Below are positions 1-8,792 of a DNA stretch of 64,000 nucleotides, piece by piece (position 1 is the first letter of the stretch; each line of letters opens with the position of its first letter). The stretch lies in NCBI GenBank assembly GCA_965220085.1, contig CBDCOZ010000003.1:1920001-1984000 (forward strand), written 5' to 3'. The stretch is from Candidatus Oxydemutatoraceae bacterium (GTDB lineage Bacteria; Pseudomonadota; Gammaproteobacteria; Poriferisulfidales; Oxydemutatoraceae). The notes under the pieces were generated by a model that was not told the DNA's origin, made no database searches, and worked only from the letters and a program-made list of their open reading frames with translations. Both the position numbers and the translations under genes were made by a program.

Positions 1-670
1 CGAAGCTTTCCTCCATCCTGAGGAAAGCCTGCGGCTGCGTAATGACAGAATGGAGCTAATCGTGAAAGAAGACAGTCACAGCTTAAGCCAAATCAGTTCC
101 TGGCGCGGCGCGGTTGATTTGGTGGAATTATTGCGCGCCTCCGTGGGCAAGCCGATCAACTACGGCAGCCTCGCACGAGACCTGAGTATCTCTCCTCCGA
201 CCGTCAGGAATTGGATTACGCTGCTTGAGAATCTCTATATCGTCTTTCTCATACCGCCTTACTCGCGCTATCTCACGCGTAGCATACGCAAGGAGAAACG
301 AGCATTTTTCTATGATTGCGCCGCGGCATACGACGACACGCAAGGCGCGCAACTGGAAAATCTGGTTGCATGCTGCCTGCTCAAATACATTCAGTTCAAA
401 AAAGACACTACAGGTGAGAACTGGGATTTGTTCTATCTGCGTGACAAAGAAAAACGAGAGGTGGATTTTGTCGTGACACTCAACCGACGGGTACATTGGC
501 TGATAGAAGTCAAAAAGTCGGACGATGCCATCGGCAATGGCCTTAGCTATTACACGAAGCGGCTGAAGCCGAAGGAATCCATACAACTGGTGCTACACCT
601 TGACCGCGCCCAAGAGAAAGCCGGCATCAAAGTCCTGCCGCTTGGGGAATGGCTGGACGCGCTTGGCTAA
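1..670 (+). CDS. AAA+ ATPase with C-terminal DUF4143 domain, 5' end outside window
   Basis: Frame is open back to base 2 (EAFLHPEE...). Contains an HTH-like 'LARDLSISPPTVRNWITLLENLYIVF', then 'ENLVA' and 'YLRDKEKREVDFVV...IEVK'. Confidence 0.8.
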   Translation, partial: EAFLHPEESLRLRNDRMELIVKEDSHSLSQISSWRGAVDLVELLRASVGKPINYGSLARDLSISPPTVRNWITLLENLYIVFLIPPYSRYLTRSIRKEKRAFFYDCAAAYDDTQGAQLENLVACCLLKYIQFKKDTTGENWDLFYLRDKEKREVDFVVTLNRRVHWLIEVKKSDDAIGNGLSYYTKRLKPKESIQLVLHLDRAQEKAGIKVLPLGEWLDALG

Positions 671-711
671 TTTATTAAATAGCCTCGTCGCTTGTGGCGA
701 CCATATCATTC

Positions 712-2685
712 TCAATACAAAATCCGAACCAGATCTTTGTTCAAGCCCAACATATTAAGCCACTTCAATAAACCTATCTGTGCGTAGCCATCTATATAAA
801 CGCGGCTGTTGACAGATACTTTTCTCAAGTCGGTTTCGCATTCGCCAAGAACAAAGTATGAGCTTCGCACTTTATAAAGCTTATCCGCTTCAATTTCTTC
901 AATCGCGTCGTCAAGTAATACTTCGCCACTTGCCGCCATCATGTTGTACAGAGTATCGGTTGCAGTTTGTCGATCAATATGCAAGCGTAACTTGCCATCT
1001 TCATCTGTCTTTGTTTTCGGTTTTTCAGTAAGAGAAAAAACCTTGTAACCTATATCAAGACCATTCTCCAATAGGCCTGCCTCTTCTTTTATTTTGTCGC
1101 CGGCCCGATTAACCCGCTCTATGCATATTGAGGATATAACTGGTTGCAGATCATTCTTCTTGCAAAAATCAAAAATAGACTTACTCGTTTTGGAATCAAT
1201 TTCTTCATCGCGCTGGACAAGAATAAATTTACGCTTGCCGCCATCTTCTTTATTTAAGTCCATCACCGCATGCGCAGTCGTGCCGGAACCGGCAAAGAAG
1301 TCCAGCACAATATCTCCTTCACTAGTTACCATATTTAATATATCTCTAATCAACCGCACTGGTTTCTTGCCATTCTTAAATTCTACCCCACCTTCAGTAG
1401 CTATATTCATCATGTCTTTGTAATATCCCTTCCACCAATCACCACGGATTTTTCTCAGTCCATACCAAGGTTGAAAGTCATGCGTGTCACCTATTGACTG
1501 GGCTAAATTAATCAATTGCCGAATCACCCCGTTGGAGTTTTTAAAAATTGTATAGCTTTTATTTAACTTACTTACAGATATAATCTTCCCTTCTTCCAAC
1601 TGCTTCTTCTCTTCTTCAGAAAAATTCAACTTGACCTGACACACAGCATCTCGGCAGATATGCTCTGCATCTTCATGCACAAACTGGCGGAATTGCTCAT
1701 TTCTCTCATATAAGTGAGAAATATTATCCAAACTATTTTTAGAAACAGACGGAATCTTCCCCGCATCAATTTTCTCTCTTAGATATTCCTTCAGGGTCCG
1801 CCGGTCACCGGTGACCGAATCGTAATATATAGAGTAGTGTGTATCCCATTCACGCTTTTCATAAAGCAGTTGGAATGGTTGCTTAAGATTTCTATCTTTT
1901 CCATAAACAAGAACAAATTCGCCATTCTTTACAATCTCACCTTTCTGGGCTGTAGCAACTTTCATCCCTTGAGTAACAGACATCTCCACAAAAAGGTGCG
2001 AAATGAAATTATATTCCCCAAAAATTTCATCACACATGATTTTTAAGTTAGCTTGCTCGTTATCACCAATGGAAATAAAGATAACACCGTCTTCGGTTAG
2101 CAAGTCACGCGCCAGTTTCAATCGCGGGTACATGGCAAAAAGCCAACCGGAATGATTCTTTGTACCGAATACATTCTCAAAGAACTGAACCGCGTCTTCA
2201 TCCAGACTGTACCTTTCTATCAGTTCCGCTTCACTTTCCTTGAAGCTATCGTTGTAGACAAAGTTTGCAGTGTCTGTGTTATAAGGCGGGTCAATGTAGA
2301 TTGACCTAATCTTGCCTTCGTAGTTTTGGCGCAGAATTTTCAACGCATCCAGATTATCGCCACGGATGATAATATTCTCTGTCGTGTCGAAATCTTTCGA
2401 CTGCTCTTTTTCTACCTGTAACTCCTTATGTGTAGGTTCATCCGCTTTGATTCTCGCCAGCCCTTTGCCGGCAAAATTCAAACCATAACCCTGATTCTCC
2501 GTCGCATAGCCGGCAACACCCAGCAGGTTTTTGAGGGCTTTAATATCCAGCAAGCCATCGCCATTAATCAGCTCGGGAAAAATAGAATGTAATTGCTCCA
2601 ATTTATCCTGCCTGCATATTGATGTCTCTACGTTAGAATCAATGGTCTTAAACCCAGACTGCTCGGCATCCTTTTTATCAATCAT
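712..2685 (-). CDS. mod: Type III R-M methyltransferase (Mod) subunit
   Basis: GDNLDALK, IYIDPPYNT (DPPY), HSGWLFAMYPRL, KKPVRLI and VLDFFAGSGTT. Start overlaps the res stop. Confidence 0.93.
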   Translation of the reverse strand: MIDKKDAEQSGFKTIDSNVETSICRQDKLEQLHSIFPELINGDGLLDIKALKNLLGVAGYATENQGYGLNFAGKGLARIKADEPTHKELQVEKEQSKDFDTTENIIIRGDNLDALKILRQNYEGKIRSIYIDPPYNTDTANFVYNDSFKESEAELIERYSLDEDAVQFFENVFGTKNHSGWLFAMYPRLKLARDLLTEDGVIFISIGDNEQANLKIMCDEIFGEYNFISHLFVEMSVTQGMKVATAQKGEIVKNGEFVLVYGKDRNLKQPFQLLYEKREWDTHYSIYYDSVTGDRRTLKEYLREKIDAGKIPSVSKNSLDNISHLYERNEQFRQFVHEDAEHICRDAVCQVKLNFSEEEKKQLEEGKIISVSKLNKSYTIFKNSNGVIRQLINLAQSIGDTHDFQPWYGLRKIRGDWWKGYYKDMMNIATEGGVEFKNGKKPVRLIRDILNMVTSEGDIVLDFFAGSGTTAHAVMDLNKEDGGKRKFILVQRDEEIDSKTSKSIFDFCKKNDLQPVISSICIERVNRAGDKIKEEAGLLENGLDIGYKVFSLTEKPKTKTDEDGKLRLHIDRQTATDTLYNMMAASGEVLLDDAIEEIEADKLYKVRSSYFVLGECETDLRKVSVNSRVYIDGYAQIGLLKWLNMLGLNKDLVRILY

Positions 2686-5579
2686 TCGTTTGCTCCTATA
2701 TCTTTCAACAAGTAGGCAAGCTCCTGTTTGTTGATGCGTTTTCTAAATTTTACCAGTACCTTGGCTTCGGAAGTTTGAGCGGCATATTGACTCAACGCAT
2801 TAAAGAAACGTTCGCCGTATTGTATTTTTTTCTTCTCGTCTGCGGGAATATCGCTTTCACTGTCATAGCCCTTTGTTTCCACAACTAAGAATAGCTTTTT
2901 CTCTGCAGTTGTCCGTATATAGTAAGCAAAGTCAGGGCTATAAGACTTATACGGAGTCGGGATAGACAGCCGTGGCAATTTAGCGAACACGACGATTCTG
3001 TCATCCCCAACCCGCTCAGGATCATCATTAACAATGTCGCGCTCAATTTTGGAGTCATAACAAATCTTGTCATAAAGATAGGCGGCCTTTGGTTCAGAAC
3101 TGGTATCCGTGTACTTGCCTAAGTAGGAAGCTTCCATTTGTTCTTTCAACTCACTACATTTATTGTCCCTGTAAAAAATACTTCTCGTATCAATCGCTAT
3201 TTCACCTTTGAATTCATAGTCTATCGACTCGATTACATTGCTGTGGATATGGTCTTTAACGAATTTTGAGATAAGTTCATATGCCCGCTTCGGATTCGAA
3301 GAAATCTTTTCCTTATCCAATGACCGGAACAACTTCAGGCAAAACTGCAAAGGCAATTTTTCTTGCTCGGCAAAATTCGCAACAAATTCGGCATACTGGT
3401 CCTCACTAAAGATATCCGCCCTGCCCAGAAAAGTTTGCTTTTCAAACACAATCTGATTGTTCTGGTGGTCATAGGTTCTTTTTTCAACCTTTCTTTCAAT
3501 CACAGGCACAGATTCGTTTTCAAAAGACGCTTTGACATTCGCTATCAACTTATCATCATCTACATTGCGATAGATGATTTCTGCCTTGTTAGTGATGGTG
3601 TGCCACAAGGATTCAAATTCCTTAAATTTGTCGGCTCTAATGCCAACCTTGTCTTGCTTCCGATTACGATTAACTACGGGCGGACGTACAGACTTTTTGA
3701 ATGCATCCACCAACATATCGTATTTTTCCTTAAGACCACTGAGCTTGTCGGGGAGATTATCTTTATTCTCTACAAGAAAGTCAGCAACAGGCATATTGAT
3801 ATGCCATGCTTCGTCCCCACTTTCATCTAGGCTGATGACTTGTCCATCCTCCAACCATGTAGAAAGCCGATTGACCTGCGATGCATTTAAACCTAATTTG
3901 AGCAAACCCGCACGAGTCAGCCTCTCAGCGGTCAAACTGCCCTTGGTAATCTCATTTTGAATACCTTCAATAAAATTCTTTTCCTGCCCGGAAACGACAA
4001 CATCCAGCGTATTCACTTCATAAAACCTACTTTCACTGTCCTCGCAGGACTTGATAGTTTGCCTTCTGCCATTACGATCTACTACAAGCCTCAGGCCACG
4101 TCCGACTTGTTGTCGACGCGTGGTCTCCTTACTTGTTGAAGCAAGTTTGCAGATAGTCAAAATATTCGGATTGTCCCAACCTTCCTGTAGCGCCCACACG
4201 GAAAAAATAAACCTGAGTGGTTCCTGAGTAGATAGTAACCGTTCCTTATCGTTAAGAATAAGATTAATACCATAATTCTCTTTTTCCTGATTAGTCCCTT
4301 TGTCGCCAGAGAAGTAACCTTGGTGGACACATAGCCGATGTTCATTGTCGTAGTCCTTATTTAGATATTCATGGTAGGAATCAGACAAGGGCTCTTGTAA
4401 CTTCTCTTGCCTTTGCTTGGTATATTCTTCTTCAAATATGATTTTGATACGAGGGTTATCACCCCTGAAGTCCGCAACACTGGGGATAAAAAAGAGGGAT
4501 AGGGCTTTAATACCCCGATCAAACAGATCTTTTTCTTTTTCAAAGTGGAGCGCTATGGTTGCCTTTATCATCTCTCGCACAGTATCGTCAGCAATATCGT
4601 AACTCGGCGAGGATAAATCCTGCTTGGTACCATTGCTCAAAATAACCTTATCCTGTTTTACTCTAAGGCTGTGGAAATCATGTGCTTTATCACCAGTGAC
4701 AGTGGATATGTTCTGACCGTGCGTGATGTTAGCCTTATGCTCTATGCCATCTTTGAAATAATACAGACTCAGACCGTTGCGGCCACCACGATAAAACTTA
4801 ATGCTTGAATTCTCATCCGTAACGGTGGATACGCTGATGCGTTTAACCAGATAATCACGAAAGGCGGTGATACTATCCAAAGTGTAAACAACATTGGATA
4901 GTTGGTTTTCTGCCTCCTGCGGGAAAGTAGCGCCAAAGCGCAAAAGTAATGATTCAGAAAAATATTTATCATAAGTGTTAGTAAACCCCTCTCCTTTCAA
5001 TAGGTGTGGCTCGTCAATAAACATAATCGGCTTCAACTTACTAATTGCTTCAAGCGGTGCTACTGCGCCTAACAGGCTTTCATTCGCTCTGGTAAGTATT
5101 TTGCTCTGTTTTTTTTGCCCTGTTATGGACGCACTGGTTAAAATCAGCACCGAAAACTCCCGCTCATTACTGATGTAATTCTCAACTTGATGAAGTCCGT
5201 TTTTGTCACCATAGACGTACTGCTTGAGTCGCTTGCCGTACTCTTGGAAAAAATAGTCGGCGGTCAAGTTTATATTCTGGATGATACCGGCACGAATAGC
5301 GAGACGCGGTACGAAGATTAAAAATTTTGTCACCCCGTGCCGCCGATTTATCTCATACATGGTTTTAAGATAGGTGAAGGTTTTTCCAGTGCCGGTCTCC
5401 ATGAGAATATCCAGCCTGAAATCGTCCTTCAAATCCGAAACCGGAATGTTCTGCTCGCCGCACAGTTGCTCAAGCCCCTCTCTTAGCGATACGCGACCAT
5501 TGAATGCATCGCTGTATTCAAGCACCTGCAGAATATTGCTGACGCAACTTTCCTGATATTCCTGTTTTTCGAATAACAT
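2682..5579 (-). CDS. res: Type III R-M restriction (Res) subunit, SF2 helicase + PD-(D/E)xK nuclease
   Basis: METGTGKT (Walker A), IDEPH, LQEGWDNPN, QQVGRGLR and YSPDF...VVETKG. Start placed at MLFEKQEYQ (5579); the ORF track extends to 5600. Confidence 0.92.
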   Translation of the reverse strand: MLFEKQEYQESCVSNILQVLEYSDAFNGRVSLREGLEQLCGEQNIPVSDLKDDFRLDILMETGTGKTFTYLKTMYEINRRHGVTKFLIFVPRLAIRAGIIQNINLTADYFFQEYGKRLKQYVYGDKNGLHQVENYISNEREFSVLILTSASITGQKKQSKILTRANESLLGAVAPLEAISKLKPIMFIDEPHLLKGEGFTNTYDKYFSESLLLRFGATFPQEAENQLSNVVYTLDSITAFRDYLVKRISVSTVTDENSSIKFYRGGRNGLSLYYFKDGIEHKANITHGQNISTVTGDKAHDFHSLRVKQDKVILSNGTKQDLSSPSYDIADDTVREMIKATIALHFEKEKDLFDRGIKALSLFFIPSVADFRGDNPRIKIIFEEEYTKQRQEKLQEPLSDSYHEYLNKDYDNEHRLCVHQGYFSGDKGTNQEKENYGINLILNDKERLLSTQEPLRFIFSVWALQEGWDNPNILTICKLASTSKETTRRQQVGRGLRLVVDRNGRRQTIKSCEDSESRFYEVNTLDVVVSGQEKNFIEGIQNEITKGSLTAERLTRAGLLKLGLNASQVNRLSTWLEDGQVISLDESGDEAWHINMPVADFLVENKDNLPDKLSGLKEKYDMLVDAFKKSVRPPVVNRNRKQDKVGIRADKFKEFESLWHTITNKAEIIYRNVDDDKLIANVKASFENESVPVIERKVEKRTYDHQNNQIVFEKQTFLGRADIFSEDQYAEFVANFAEQEKLPLQFCLKLFRSLDKEKISSNPKRAYELISKFVKDHIHSNVIESIDYEFKGEIAIDTRSIFYRDNKCSELKEQMEASYLGKYTDTSSEPKAAYLYDKICYDSKIERDIVNDDPERVGDDRIVVFAKLPRLSIPTPYKSYSPDFAYYIRTTAEKKLFLVVETKGYDSESDIPADEKKKIQYGERFFNALSQYAAQTSEAKVLVKFRKRINKQELAYLLKDIGANE

Positions 5580-5584
5580 AGGAG

Positions 5585-6475
5585 TTATAAATGTAAGCAA
5601 CTCTTAATTGCGTCAGCTTTTTTGAGCTTATCCGCTTTCTTAGGTTCAGTCAAAGCAATATGATCTAGCTTACCTTTTACAGAAGATTGAGAAATATTCT
5701 TCTCTTTGCAATCCTTGATTAAATCGTTCGTATATTTATCCGGCTTCCTTAAGCTATATCGACCAAGCCTATACCCAAGTAACTCTTTCTTATCCTGAGA
5801 TCCTTGTACCCTGGTCTTCTTGTTTTTTATTCTTAGCCCTTTCTCCTTCACCAACCCGGTAACCTTTTTTATTATGTCTGTCTTCTCACCACAACTAAGA
5901 TTACGCTTAGAGCTTATCGCAATATCATCTATGTAGCGTGTGTATGTGCACCCGTTCTTTTCTAAGTCCTTAAAAAGTTTATGCTCTTCACCTCCGGCTA
6001 ATAGCACAAGATTAGCAAGGTGAGAACTGGTAGAAACTCCTTGTGGAAGTCCCCCATCATATGTCGTCAGTTGTGTCAAAAGTTCAGCCACTTCAGGGGA
6101 AAAGCGGAAATGATACTTAAATAAGTGGCAAATCATATCACTCGTTACAGACGGGAAAAAATTTGCTATGTCCATAGTAATTAGAACGGTTGAGCGCAAG
6201 TGAATAGAAGCACTTCCTTGTACTGAACGACCTTCTATTCCGCCACAAACGAAAGGTGGGTATTCTGCTCTCCTTAATATTTTATCTTTGATTCTTGACT
6301 GAATTGGCTTTAGAGGCATCTTTGAGGGTGTAATTGCACGGGCACCTTTCATATATGTATGATAATAACTTGCAGAGTTAGTAGCTATACACCTCAAAGA
6401 TGCCTCTTCGTAACCCAAGCATTTTCCAAGGCTACGCACAGAGCGGATAGGTCTATGTGAGTACAGCTGATACAT
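5585..6475 (-). CDS. Retron-type reverse transcriptase (296 aa)
   Basis: SASIH (NAxxH-like region X), MDIANFFPSV, LPQGVSTSSHLAN, YTRYIDDIAIS and ELLG (VTG-equivalent). No group II intron maturase domain and no DGR SQ motif. Confidence 0.85.
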   Translation of the reverse strand: MYQLYSHRPIRSVRSLGKCLGYEEASLRCIATNSASYYHTYMKGARAITPSKMPLKPIQSRIKDKILRRAEYPPFVCGGIEGRSVQGSASIHLRSTVLITMDIANFFPSVTSDMICHLFKYHFRFSPEVAELLTQLTTYDGGLPQGVSTSSHLANLVLLAGGEEHKLFKDLEKNGCTYTRYIDDIAISSKRNLSCGEKTDIIKKVTGLVKEKGLRIKNKKTRVQGSQDKKELLGYRLGRYSLRKPDKYTNDLIKDCKEKNISQSSVKGKLDHIALTEPKKADKLKKADAIKSCLHL

Positions 6476-6602
6476 ATCTTGTCCTCAGGTAAATGATGAT
6501 GGCGAGTAAACTAATTGCTATCTTGGTAAGGAGCCTAATAAAAGCCTCCTCAATCCTGATATATATCAGTCTACCCCGTTCGGTTAATATTATTATTTTC
6601 AT
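6453..6602 (-). CDS. 49-aa hydrophobic/cationic small protein overlapping the RT start (not in ORF track)
   Basis: Hand translation: MKIIILTERGRLIYIRIEEAFIRLLTKIAISLLAIIIYLRTRYVSAVLT*. Perfect AGGAGG SD at 6615-6610. Confidence 0.65.
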   Translation of the reverse strand: MKIIILTERGRLIYIRIEEAFIRLLTKIAISLLAIIIYLRTRYVSAVLT

Positions 6603-6900
6603 AATAATACCTCCTAATTAGGTTAGCCTGAACTTAACTCAGTCAGGTCAATCTGAGTTGTCTCACAATGAGACAAAAGCCTCTTGTGAAATATCTCAGT
6701 GTGAACACTCAGCTTACGAACGGGATACTCGCCACCACCATGTAAAGCCTCTGCTGTTTTAACAACAGAGGTCTGACACAAGTATTTCGCAATGCCATGT
6801 AGCAAACGGAATTCGTCGTATTGTCCTGACTCGCTTTCACGCCCTCGTTACAATACACGAACCCGATACTTTATGAATCGCAATTCTTGCATCGTAGCAA
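6490..6900 (-). ncRNA. Putative retron msr/msd-like structured RNA upstream of the RT; boundaries approximate
   Basis: 16-bp long-range inverted pair 6726-6741/6493-6508 (two G-U pairs on the transcript), 8-bp pair 6717-6724/6575-6582, and hairpins at 6587-6610, 6636-6659, 6658-6676 and 6748-6771. Confidence 0.6.
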
Positions 6901-7209
6901 CAGACTTCTACATAGGTAGAGTACTGTCAGATTAAAGCTCTTGCCTTAACCTATATTTAGTGTTCACTAACACTAATTAGTGCCCCCTTCAGGGGTGCGT
7001 CGGATACTATATCTAGTTTTGAAAATTATGCAACCCCCCACATATTGCGATATCTGGCGGGGACTTAGCAATTATCTTGGCACAGCAGTGGTATGTTAAT
7101 TGCTAGGTTCTTGACTCTATTAGGGTTATTTGCCACAAGCTACTGATGGCAGAATCATCCCACAGAAACTTGCGACTCTAGCGGTTGCTAATCTAACAAG
7201 GTTGCATGG

Positions 7210-7716
7210 CTAAACCCGCCGCGCATCGTATGCCCAGTGCAGTAGCGACTGGCGTTGGCGGGGCCGGCAAGCAAAGTCTTTGCTCCGGCAGTTCTTGGTT
7301 ATCTGCATCAGGTGGCGGCGATATGCTTTCCAGCGTTTAATCTGGCGCGTGTCATCTTCGCTGCGCCGCCCAAGATAATAGCGGCAATACCATTGAAACC
7401 AGCCGCGCGGGTCTTGCGGGTGAATCCATCCCTTGTCGCGCCACACACTGAGCGGCTGGCTGGCATTGACACCGAAGAAGTTCAGCTCTTTGTGGCGGAT
7501 GCCATCAGGCGATAGCTTTGCATCCTTGAACCAATCCGGCGGCAAGTCGGATGGCTTGTCACTGAAGTACAGCCCGCCGAATACACCGAGCGCAAGCATC
7601 TGCACAGGTGTCAGTTCGGGTTCAAACTCTTTGGCAAAGTTTTTACCGGCAGGCTCCGTGAGTGTATAACGATAATCCTTCTGATAGCCGTCGGAATAGC
7701 GTACTGTCTTCATCAT
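7210..7716 (-). CDS. Conserved hypothetical protein (Trp/Arg-rich)
   Basis: ELTPxxMLxLGVFGG...WIHPQDPRGWFQWYCRYYLGRR...RQRQSLLHWAYD. A second partial copy lies at 13.2-13.6 kb. Confidence 0.75.
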   Translation of the reverse strand: MMKTVRYSDGYQKDYRYTLTEPAGKNFAKEFEPELTPVQMLALGVFGGLYFSDKPSDLPPDWFKDAKLSPDGIRHKELNFFGVNASQPLSVWRDKGWIHPQDPRGWFQWYCRYYLGRRSEDDTRQIKRWKAYRRHLMQITKNCRSKDFACRPRQRQSLLHWAYDARRV

Positions 7717-7868
7717 GTTGAGATAATCGGCAACTCGCCGATATGCTTTTGGTTATTAACTATCAACCGGAAAGAGTGGCTTCATAGCGTGACTATCTGC
7801 GAACCTAAAATGCTTTCAACGCTTTAGCACAGGCCGCTTTAACTGTCGCCGAGAACGCCGAAGGAATT

Positions 7869-8210
7869 CTACTCAGCCTTAGCCTTAGCAACCTTTTCGG
7901 CCATGCGGATATACTCTCTAATCAGGGCAATGAAACGCGGATAGCCGGACTCTTTGGCAATAAACTCAAATGTTGATTCAACCTGTTCCGCAGAGTAACC
8001 CTCGCGGACAAGACCGCCAAAAGCCTCTTCAAGAAACGAAGACGGGTAACCGCGCGCACCGTCCAGAATAATCTCTGCCTTCTCGCCGGATTTAATTGCC
8101 GGGACAAGAAACTTCTCTCGAAATATAGTTCCGTTACCCTTCCCATCTTCCGGATAACGCCCGCCCGGGTGCTGACTGAAATCTTCCGCAATGTTAATCG
8201 TTTGATTCAT
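7869..8210 (-). CDS. STAS-like domain protein (DUF4325-like)
   Basis: IAEDFSQHPGGRY...G..FRE..L...LDGARGYPSSFLEEAFGGLV. Confidence 0.75.
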   Translation of the reverse strand: MNQTINIAEDFSQHPGGRYPEDGKGNGTIFREKFLVPAIKSGEKAEIILDGARGYPSSFLEEAFGGLVREGYSAEQVESTFEFIAKESGYPRFIALIREYIRMAEKVAKAKAE

Positions 8211-8340
8211 GTTGGCATAGTCCGTTCAATAAGGGCGCCTCCTATATGCCGAGGCAACTCTATTCTATCAATTTTCCCTTCTCCTTCATATGTGATGCAT
8301 GATGCCACATCTGTAGTACAATGTGCGCACCTGTTGTTTT

Positions 8341-8520
8341 ATGGAGTTTGTTATGTTTGTCTGCCGTTTTGTCTTGATTGTCTGCGCCCTGTTGCCAGTG
8401 CCGTTTGCCAGTGCGGATGCTCCCCTGCATGAAGCCGCCAAGGATGGCACCCCCGCCGATATTGTCCGCCTGGTCGCTGAGGGGGCGGATGCAAACAAGC
8501 GTGACGAGAATGGCGAATGC
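8341..8520 (+). pseudogene. N-terminal fragment of a secreted ankyrin-repeat protein
   Basis: Signal peptide followed by PLHEAAKDG...IVRLVAEGADANKRDENG, then an abrupt switch to unrelated GC-rich sequence. Confidence 0.55.
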
Positions 8521-8792
8521 TTCGCCGGTTTGCGGTTTTTGGAGGCACTCGGCGTTGACGCCATAGGTTGCGCCGGGGGGGATGGCGCGGAATTGGGCGG
8601 GGTTTTGGCTGTTGTTGCGGAGGCGGATTTTGTCGCAGGCGCGGACTTCGGGCGCGAGGATTGCGGCGCAGGCCATCGCAACCGCAAGGGCGGCGATTCG
8701 CTTGGACATCGTGCGGTTGCGCATGACGGGATTATGGCGCCGTCGCGCCTGAAATGAAATTAAAATCCGCCCCCCGTCGTTTTGCGTTATAA

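Noticed and set aside
712-2685. Phase-variable mod (phasevarion)
   Set aside because: No simple-sequence repeat tract is visible in the gene or its start region.
5585-6475. DGR or group II intron RT diversifying the FLEGPLR paralogs
   Set aside because: The motif is LPQG..TSS rather than the DGR G...SQ. There is no maturase domain or Avd-like gene, and paralog differences are not visibly adenine-restricted.
6623-6805. 60-aa ORF upstream of the RT
   Set aside because: TTG start, no clear SD, and it runs through hairpin-rich sequence better explained as ncRNA.
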